Positions 57,183 to 64,000 of a DNA stretch of 64,000 nt are shown here, in pieces. Within the stretch, counting starts at the first letter, position 1; every line of letters starts with the position of its first letter. This stretch comes from an uncultured Gemmatimonadales bacterium (GTDB lineage: Bacteria > Gemmatimonadota > Gemmatimonadetes > Gemmatimonadales > GWC2-71-9): the NCBI GenBank assembly GCA_963730185.1, contig CAVSQW010000014.1, positions 160,001 through 224,000 on the forward strand, given 5' to 3'. Under the pieces are notes generated by a model. The model ran no database searches, was not told where the DNA came from, and was given only the letters and a program-made list of their open reading frames with translations. The position numbers and the translations under genes were made by a program.

Positions 57183-59948
57183 ATGCGCTCGGACGAATCG
57201 TTGGTCGGGCGGATGGATCGGTTGGGGGTGGAGCGGCTGGCTCGGTCCGCCGGACTGCCGGCGATCCTGGCGGGCCGGGTGGCCCAAGTGGTGGTGGGGA
57301 GCCGGCTCTCGGAGGATCGGCGGGTGGAGGTGTACCGCGAGCTGGTGAGCCACTTCCAGGACGGTCTGGCCGAGGGGCGGAGCGCGGAGGAGTTGTTGGA
57401 GGCGTTCGGCGACGCGGGACGGGCCGCGGCGATGATCGGGGAAGAGAAGCGGGTGGTGACCCCCGAGGCACGGGGGGGCGCCGGCCCGCGCGACCGGGTC
57501 CTGCTCCGGCTCTGGCGTGATGCCCGCTACGCGGTGCGGCGGCTGGTGGCCCGGCCGACGTTCGCGATTACCGCGATCCTCTCCCTCGCGCTGGGCATCG
57601 GCGCCAACGCCGCGATGTTCACGCTGGTGAACGATCTGATCCTCCGGAAGCCGCCGGTTCAGGATCCCGATCGCCTGGTGGACATCTACTTCGCGACCGA
57701 GTCCGCTCCGTTCGATCCGCTTTCCTATCCGGACGTGCGGGACCTGGGCCGTGAGGCGTCGTCGGCATTTTCGATGGTGGGCGGCATGCGATTTGGGATC
57801 GCCCCGCGCGAGGAGGGCGGCCGAGTCCAGCAGCTCACGGTGGAACTGGTGACCGGCAACTACTTCGACCTGCTGGGACTCCGGCCGGGTGCGGGTCGGC
57901 TGATCGATTCCACCGACGCCGGGGCCCCGGGCCGGAGCGCCGTCGTGGTCCTGAGCGACCGTTACTGGCGCCAGGCGTTCGGCGCCGATCCCAAGGCGAT
58001 TGGTCAGGAGATCCGGCTGTCGTCGACGCCGTACACGATCATCGGGGTCACGCCTCGCGATTTCACCGGGTCGCTGCCCGGGCTCGCACCGGACGTCTAC
58101 GTCCCGGTGACGATGATCGACTACATCGATCCCAGCTCGACCAACCAACTCGAGGCCCGTGGGAACCACGCGATGTTCGTCAAGGGACGGCTCCGTCCCG
58201 GGGTTTCGCTGCCTCAGGCGGAAGCCGCCGTCGGCGCGGTGGCCCGCTCCTTCATCGACGCGCGGCTGGGCGACTGGCGGGAAGGGGACGGGGTCCGGCT
58301 GGTCCCCGCCTCCGAGGTGATCATCTATCCGCCGGTGGACGAGATCATCCGTCCGGTGGCGATCCTGCTGATGGTCGTGGTGGGCCTGGTGCTGGTGATC
58401 GCCTGCGCCAACCTGGCGGGCTTCCTGTTGGCCCGGGCGGTGGACCGGCGCAAGGAGGTCGCGGTCCGGCTGGCGCTGGGCGCCACCCGCGGGCAGCTGG
58501 TGTCGCAGCTGATGGTCGAGACGCTACTGCTGGCGCTGATCGGAGGCGGGGTAGGACTCGTGCTCGGCCGGCTCGGGCTCCAAGCGGTCATGGCCGCCGA
58601 CCTGCCGATGCCGGTGCCGATCACCTTGCGCCTGAGCCTCGACTGGCGGGTGCTGACCTTTTCGATCGGGGTCTCCGTCGCGGCCGGGATGCTCTTCGGG
58701 CTGGCCCCGGCGCTGCAGTCCACCCGGCTCAACCTGGCCGGCGTGATCCGCGACGAAAGCACGGGCGGAGGGCGGAGCAAGGGCACCCTCCGGAGCGTGC
58801 TCGTGGCCGGTCAGGTGGCCGTCTCGGTGGTGCTGCTGGTCGCGGCCGGGCTCTTCGTCCGGAGCCTCGACGTGGCCCGTCGGGTGGATCCCGGCTTCGG
58901 CGGCCGGCCGGCCGGGCTGGTCTGGCTCACGCTGCCCGGCACGGACCTCGCCGCTAAGCGGGTGACGCTCGATCGGATCGAGCGGCGGATCGGCGAGCTG
59001 CCGGGCGTCCGCGAGGTCGGAGCGGGCGAGAACATCCACCTCAACCTGCTCAATCAGATGTTCCTGATCGCCAACGTCGACGGCGTCGCGCCGCCGCCGG
59101 GGCAGGATGGATTCCAGGTCAATCGGTCGGCGATCGACAGCGGCTACGTGGCCGCCGCCGGGCTCCGGCTGGTGGCCGGCCGGAACATCCGGGCCGGCGA
59201 TGTGGACTCGACCGCCCGCGTCGCGCTCGTCAACCAGGCCTTCGTCGAGAAATTCTGGCCCGGCAAGGACCCCATCGGACGGCGGTTCCGGGATGGGCGG
59301 GACGGTCCCGAGTACGAGGTGGTGGGCGTGGTCAACACGGCCAAGATCCGGAGCCTGGCCGAGGATCCGACCCCCTTCGTCTACACCGCGCTCGGCCAGG
59401 GAGACCCCTCGGCCATCTGGCTGGTGGCGGCGACGGCGGGCGATCCCGAGTCCCTCTTGGAGCCGATCCTCCGGGCCGTCCGAGCCGAGGCGCCGGACGC
59501 GCTGATCATTCAGGAGCGGACCATGGCTCGGCATCTCCGGATCATGACCCTGCCGCTCCAGCTCGGGGTCTCGGCTCTCGGCGCGTTCGCGTTGCTGGCC
59601 CTCCTGATGGCGAGCATCGGGCTTTACGGCACGGTGAGCTATGCGGTGGCGCAGCGGAGCCGCGAGGTCGGGATCCGGCTCTCGCTGGGCGCCGATCGCG
59701 GCATGGTGGTGCGACTGCTGCTCTGGAGTGGGTTCCGGCTGGTGTTGGCCGGCGCGGTCGTGGGCGTGCTGGTGGCGTTCGCGCTGAGCCGGCTGCTTCA
59801 GGGACTGCTCTTCGGGGTGGGGGCGGCCGACCCGCTCACCTTCCTGGCGGTGCCGGCCATCCTAATGGCGGTGGCGCTGCTGGCCACCTGGCTGCCCGCC
59901 CGGCGAGCCGGGCAGGTCGACCCGGTGCGCGCGCTGCGCGCCGACTGA
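57183..59948 (+). CDS. ADOP-type duplicated ABC permease
   Basis: DARYAVR, LALGIGAN, IACANLA, two MacB/FtsX repeats, VDPVRALR. Confidence 0.93.
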   Translation: MRSDESLVGRMDRLGVERLARSAGLPAILAGRVAQVVVGSRLSEDRRVEVYRELVSHFQDGLAEGRSAEELLEAFGDAGRAAAMIGEEKRVVTPEARGGAGPRDRVLLRLWRDARYAVRRLVARPTFAITAILSLALGIGANAAMFTLVNDLILRKPPVQDPDRLVDIYFATESAPFDPLSYPDVRDLGREASSAFSMVGGMRFGIAPREEGGRVQQLTVELVTGNYFDLLGLRPGAGRLIDSTDAGAPGRSAVVVLSDRYWRQAFGADPKAIGQEIRLSSTPYTIIGVTPRDFTGSLPGLAPDVYVPVTMIDYIDPSSTNQLEARGNHAMFVKGRLRPGVSLPQAEAAVGAVARSFIDARLGDWREGDGVRLVPASEVIIYPPVDEIIRPVAILLMVVVGLVLVIACANLAGFLLARAVDRRKEVAVRLALGATRGQLVSQLMVETLLLALIGGGVGLVLGRLGLQAVMAADLPMPVPITLRLSLDWRVLTFSIGVSVAAGMLFGLAPALQSTRLNLAGVIRDESTGGGRSKGTLRSVLVAGQVAVSVVLLVAAGLFVRSLDVARRVDPGFGGRPAGLVWLTLPGTDLAAKRVTLDRIERRIGELPGVREVGAGENIHLNLLNQMFLIANVDGVAPPPGQDGFQVNRSAIDSGYVAAAGLRLVAGRNIRAGDVDSTARVALVNQAFVEKFWPGKDPIGRRFRDGRDGPEYEVVGVVNTAKIRSLAEDPTPFVYTALGQGDPSAIWLVAATAGDPESLLEPILRAVRAEAPDALIIQERTMARHLRIMTLPLQLGVSALGAFALLALLMASIGLYGTVSYAVAQRSREVGIRLSLGADRGMVVRLLLWSGFRLVLAGAVVGVLVAFALSRLLQGLLFGVGAADPLTFLAVPAILMAVALLATWLPARRAGQVDPVRALRAD

Positions 59949-59952
59949 GTCG

Positions 59953-60516
59953 TCAGGGCTGGAAGCGACCCGGCGGGCGGCCACCCATGCCGCCCCGCCG
60001 CTCCTCCATCATCTTCTCGGCGTCCTTCCGGCGCTCCTTGCGCCACTTGTCGTACTTCTTCCACTGGTCCTTGGTCAGCAGCTCCTTCTTGAGGCCTTCG
60101 TCGAAGGCTTTCTGACGCTCCGCCAGGCTCTTCGTCAAATCCTGCATCGCCTGCATGTTCGCGCGGGCCCGGGCGAAGTCGTCCTGCCGCATACCCCGCA
60201 TGCTGGCCATGAAGTCGGTCAGGCTGTCGCGGCCCGGCTGGGTCTCCTTCATGTACGCCAGCCGGCGCTCCATGTACGTCTGCTTGAGACTGTCGTTGCC
60301 CTCCACGATCCGGGTGAACTCGTCCGCCACCGGGGGGCCTTCGCGGACGACGGGATCGGGCGGGGTCATCCGCCGACGGCCCTCGAAGCCGCCGCGCTCG
60401 CCGCCCCGGCCGCGGCCGCCGCCCATCCGGTTGGGATACTGGGCCTGGGCGGTGGGGACGGCGAAGGCGGCGAGGGCGAGGCCGGCGACGAGGCCGAATG
60501 ACCAGCGACCACGCAT
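59953..60516 (-). CDS. Hypothetical secreted helical protein
   Basis: RBS AGGAG, signal peptide, Gly/Arg-rich ends, LLTKDQ motif reminiscent of LTxxQ proteins. Confidence 0.7.
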   Translation of the reverse strand: MRGRWSFGLVAGLALAAFAVPTAQAQYPNRMGGGRGRGGERGGFEGRRRMTPPDPVVREGPPVADEFTRIVEGNDSLKQTYMERRLAYMKETQPGRDSLTDFMASMRGMRQDDFARARANMQAMQDLTKSLAERQKAFDEGLKKELLTKDQWKKYDKWRKERRKDAEKMMEERRGGMGGRPPGRFQP

Positions 60517-60765
60517 GGAAATCTCCTGGAAGAAAGTCACGTTCGTCCCTGTTTCGACACGGCTCGGTGGGATCCCCCTCACAGGGGGGCGGCTGCGGAT
60601 TCAGCCGCCGCGGACGCGGGCCGGGCGATGGGTCTCGGCCGGCGAGTGCCAGACGGGACCGGAGTCTGCCGGGCAGGGACAAGGAGGAGCGGTGGCCCTA
60701 CCGTCCGGGGCCGATTCCGACTATCTTTTCGCGCTCTATCTTACTGTATTTCAAGGGGTTGGGTC

Positions 60766-61965
60766 ATGGCGACCGGAACCGCGTCCTCTCAATTCCAGGG
60801 TGTCGACTTCTATCGAATGGACACGCTCCTGAGCGAAGAGGAGCGAGCCATTCGAGACACGGTCCGAGCCTGGGTCGACGACAACGTGATGCCGATCATT
60901 GGCGACGCGTATGTCAAAGGTCGGTTTCCGAACGAGCTCATCGCCGGGCTGGCGGAGCTCGGGATGCTGGGCGCCAACCTGCCGGAAGAGTACGGCTGCG
61001 CTGGGCTCAACAACGTGGCCTACGGGCTCATCATGCAGGAGCTGGAACGGGGCGACAGCGGGATCCGCTCGTTCGCATCGGTCCAGGGCGCGCTGGTCAT
61101 GTATCCGATCTTCGCGTTCGGCTCGGAGGAGCAGCGGAAGCACTGGCTCCCGCGGCTGGCGAGCGGCCAGGAGATCGGCTGCTTCGGCCTGACCGAGCCA
61201 GATTTCGGATCGAATCCGGGCGGGATGATCACGACCGCCAAGGAGACGGCCGACGGCTGGGTGCTGAACGGCACCAAGATGTGGATCACCAACGGCTCCC
61301 AGGCGACGGTGGCGGTGGTGTGGGCCAAGACCGGCGCGATCGACGACGCCAAGTCGATCCGGGGCTTCATCGTTCCGACCGCCACCAAGGGGTTCACGGC
61401 CAAAGACCAGAAGGGCAAGCTCTCGCTCCGGGCGTCGGACACCAGCGAGCTCCATCTGGAAGACGTGCACCTGCCGAAGGACGCGATCCTGCCCCAGTCC
61501 GGCGGGCTCAAGAGCCCGCTCTCCTGCCTGACTCAGGCCCGCTACGGGATCGCGTGGGGCGCGGTGGGCGCCGCGATGGCGTGTTACGACGAGGCGGTCC
61601 GCTACGCCAAGAACCGGGTGATGTTCGGCAAGCCGATCGGGGCGACCCAGATCCAGCAGGTCCGCCTGGCCGACATGTTGACGGAGATTACCAAGGCGCA
61701 GCTCCTGGTCCTCCAGCTCGGTCGGCTCAAGGACGCTGGCACGATGACCCCGCAACAGGTGTCGCTGGCCAAGCGGAACAACGTCAACGTGGCCTGCGAG
61801 TGCGCCCGCGAGGCACGCCGGCTCCTCGGTGCGAACGGGATCCTGGCGGAGTATCACTCGATGCGTCACCTGGCCAACCTGGAGTCGGTCTACACCTACG
61901 AAGGAACCCACGACATGCATTCCCTGATCCTGGGGCAGGAGATCACCGGGGAAGCGGCGTTCTGA
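60766..61965 (+). CDS. Acyl-CoA dehydrogenase (glutaryl-CoA dehydrogenase-like)
   Basis: CFGLTEPDFGS, KMWITN, TYEGTHD. Confidence 0.93.
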   Translation: MATGTASSQFQGVDFYRMDTLLSEEERAIRDTVRAWVDDNVMPIIGDAYVKGRFPNELIAGLAELGMLGANLPEEYGCAGLNNVAYGLIMQELERGDSGIRSFASVQGALVMYPIFAFGSEEQRKHWLPRLASGQEIGCFGLTEPDFGSNPGGMITTAKETADGWVLNGTKMWITNGSQATVAVVWAKTGAIDDAKSIRGFIVPTATKGFTAKDQKGKLSLRASDTSELHLEDVHLPKDAILPQSGGLKSPLSCLTQARYGIAWGAVGAAMACYDEAVRYAKNRVMFGKPIGATQIQQVRLADMLTEITKAQLLVLQLGRLKDAGTMTPQQVSLAKRNNVNVACECAREARRLLGANGILAEYHSMRHLANLESVYTYEGTHDMHSLILGQEITGEAAF

Positions 61966-61967
61966 GA

Positions 61968-62034
61968 TTGGGAGTTGGGAGTCGGGAGTAGGGAGTGGTG
62001 AATAGGGAGTGAGTGGTGACTGGTGAGTAGGGGA
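61968..62034. repeat. Heptamer tandem repeats
   Basis: GGGAGTT GGGAGTC GGGAGTA GGGAGTG ... ACTGGTG. Confidence 0.78.
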
Positions 62035-62078
62035 GACGACCCTGCTCGGATGGCTCGAATTCTTCACGGGAGTGGGCT

Positions 62079-62828
62079 TTGCGTATCGCGGTCTGCCTGA
62101 AGCGGGTGCCGGACACCACGGCGAAGATCGCCGTGGGGGCGAGCGGCACCGCTATCGACGAAGCGGGGGTGAAGTTCGTCCCCAATCCCTACGACGAATA
62201 CGCCATCGAGGCGGCCATCGCGCTCAAGGCCAAGGCCGGCTCGGGAGAGACCACGGTGGTGAGCCTGGGCGGCGACAGCTCTCAGGAGACGATCCGGACG
62301 GCGCTCGCCATGGGCATCGACCGAGGGGTGCTGCTCAAAGGCGCCGGCTCGGCCGACGGCCTGGCGGTGGCGCGGGCGCTGGCGGCCGAGTTCCAGGGCG
62401 CGGGACACGACCTGATCCTGTTCGGCAAGATGGCGGTGGACGACTACAACCATCAGGTCGGACCGATGACGGCGGAGCTGCTCGAGCTGCCCTGCATCAC
62501 GGCGGTGTCGTCCCTCGAGATCGCCGACGGCGCGGTCACGGCCGAGCGGGAGATCGAGGGCGGCGTCGAGGTGGTGACCTGCCGGCTCCCGGCGGTGATC
62601 ACCGCCGACAAGGGGATCAACACCCCCCGGCTGCCGTCGCTCAAGGGCATCATGGCGGCCAAGAAGAAGCCGCTCGAAGTCAAGGACGCCGCGCTCGGCG
62701 AGGCCGGCCTCGAGATCCAGAGCCTGGCGTTGCCGCCCGAGCGGCAGGCGGGCCGAATCGTGGGCGAAGGGGCGGATGCGGTGCCGGCCCTGGTCCAGCT
62801 CCTTCGAACCGAAGCCAAGGTGATCTGA
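62079..62828 (+). CDS. etfB: Electron transfer flavoprotein beta subunit
   Basis: KRVPD, NPYDEYAIE, PRLPSLKGIMAAKKK. Confidence 0.95.
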   Translation: MRIAVCLKRVPDTTAKIAVGASGTAIDEAGVKFVPNPYDEYAIEAAIALKAKAGSGETTVVSLGGDSSQETIRTALAMGIDRGVLLKGAGSADGLAVARALAAEFQGAGHDLILFGKMAVDDYNHQVGPMTAELLELPCITAVSSLEIADGAVTAEREIEGGVEVVTCRLPAVITADKGINTPRLPSLKGIMAAKKKPLEVKDAALGEAGLEIQSLALPPERQAGRIVGEGADAVPALVQLLRTEAKVI

Positions 62829-62830
62829 CG

Positions 62831-63808
62831 ATGGCGGCCATTCTCGCGGTGACGGAACAGCGACAGGGCGCCCTCAAGAAGGTGTCGCACGAGGTGGTGG
62901 CGGCGGCCCGGACGCTGGCCGGCGGGCTCGGTGCCACGGTCGACGCGCTGGTGCTCGGCGCCGACCAGGTCGCGGGCTCGGCCGGCCTCGGCGCGGCCGG
63001 CGCCGACCGGGTGCTCGTCGCATCCAACCAGGGCTTCGGGCTCTACAACCCCGACGGCTACGCGGCCACGATCGCCTCGATCGGGAGGGACTATGCCGCG
63101 ATCGTGTTCGCGGCGACGGCCATGGGCAAGGACCTGGCGCCCCGGGTGGCCGCCCGGTTGGGCGTGGCCTGCGCGACCGAGGTGACCGAGCTGGGCGTCG
63201 AGGGCGGCAAGGTCGTCGCGACCCGGCCGGTCTATGCCGGCAAGGCCCTCCAGCGGGTGCTGGTGAGCGCCACCCCGGCCATCGTCTCGATTCGGCCGAA
63301 CACGTTCCGGGCGGATGGCCAGGCGGGTGGGCGGGCCGACGCACCGGTCGAGAGCCTGGCGGTCCCGGCCTTCGAGCAGCGGGTCACGGTCACCGAGATC
63401 AAGGCGCCGGAGCATGCCGCCCTCGACGTGGCCGAGGCGCCGATCGTGGTGTCGGGCGGACGGGGTCTCAAGGAGCCGGCGAATTTCAAGCTGATCGAGG
63501 CGCTGGCCGAGGCGCTCGGCAACGCCGCCGTGGGCGCCAGCCGCGCGGTGGTCGACGCCGGCTGGCGGGAGCACGCCGCCCAGGTGGGCCAGACCGGCAA
63601 GACCGTGTCGCCGGCCCTCTACGTCGCGGTGGGCATCTCCGGCGCGATTCAGCACCTGGCCGGGATGCGGACCTCGAAGGTCATCGTCGCGATCAACAAG
63701 GACAAGGACGCCCCGATCTTCAAGGTGGCCGACTACGGGATCGTCGGCGACCTGTTCGAGGTCGTGCCCCGGCTCACCGAGGAGATCACCAAACTCCGCG
63801 CCGAGTAG
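62831..63808 (+). CDS. etfA: Electron transfer flavoprotein alpha subunit
   Basis: VSGGRG, QVGQTGK, GISGAIQHLAG. Confidence 0.96.
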   Translation: MAAILAVTEQRQGALKKVSHEVVAAARTLAGGLGATVDALVLGADQVAGSAGLGAAGADRVLVASNQGFGLYNPDGYAATIASIGRDYAAIVFAATAMGKDLAPRVAARLGVACATEVTELGVEGGKVVATRPVYAGKALQRVLVSATPAIVSIRPNTFRADGQAGGRADAPVESLAVPAFEQRVTVTEIKAPEHAALDVAEAPIVVSGGRGLKEPANFKLIEALAEALGNAAVGASRAVVDAGWREHAAQVGQTGKTVSPALYVAVGISGAIQHLAGMRTSKVIVAINKDKDAPIFKVADYGIVGDLFEVVPRLTEEITKLRAE

Positions 63809-63824
63809 GCGCCTGGAGGGTGGC

Positions 63825-64000
63825 ATGTTGGAGCGGCTGCCGGACCTGTCGGTCGACGCCACCCGGGTGGCCGCGGCGGCGTTGAGCGAGGACGGGATCG
63901 TCGATCTCACCACCGCGGTCACTGTCCGCCAACCGGTCGCCGGTGAGGCGGTCGTCGAGGCCCGCACCCCCTGCGTGGTGGCGGGCCTTCTCTACGCCGG
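63825..64000 (+). CDS. nadC: Nicotinate-nucleotide diphosphorylase, N-terminal part (runs off window)
   Basis: RBS GGAGG; ALSED..DLTT ... VVAGL N-terminal motif. Confidence 0.6.
   Translation, partial: MLERLPDLSVDATRVAAAALSEDGIVDLTTAVTVRQPVAGEAVVEARTPCVVAGLLYA

Noticed and set aside
60721..60762. CTATCTT repeats and AT-rich patch as a recombination site
   Set aside because: Adequately explained as -10 promoter elements; no dif or att symmetry.

Overview
GC-rich bacterial chromosomal window. Its gene content (PadR/ADOP permease, DUF5916 paralogs, PEP-CTERM protein, many secreted peptidases, split atp operon) suggests Gemmatimonadota; this is inference only. About 60 CDS: three TetR regulators with visible palindromic operators, a B12/radical-SAM protein, a Lol-like ABC operon, secreted hydrolases (S9, S10, M1, serine hydrolases, D-aminoacylase, CocE/NonD), a MoxR ATPase, the F0+delta half of the atp operon, a long + strand housekeeping run (45.4-56.7 kb) and acyl-CoA dehydrogenase-etfB-etfA-nadC. 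I recognise no rRNA, tRNA, CRISPR array, integrase or transposase. The most notable structure not explained by the genes: (1) two integrase-less clusters of short co-oriented genes separated by intact or eroded attC-like sites (3.4-6.3 kb and 15.8-18.2 kb); (2) a five-hairpin structured element between atpB and atpE, with a near-consensus Rex operator over the atp promoter; (3) dispersed G-tract/C-tract decamer and heptamer tandem-repeat elements; (4) an unannotated 34-aa membrane peptide; (5) the octamer CGTTAGGC recurring in genes via rare TTA codons. Three apparent frameshifts may be sequencing errors.
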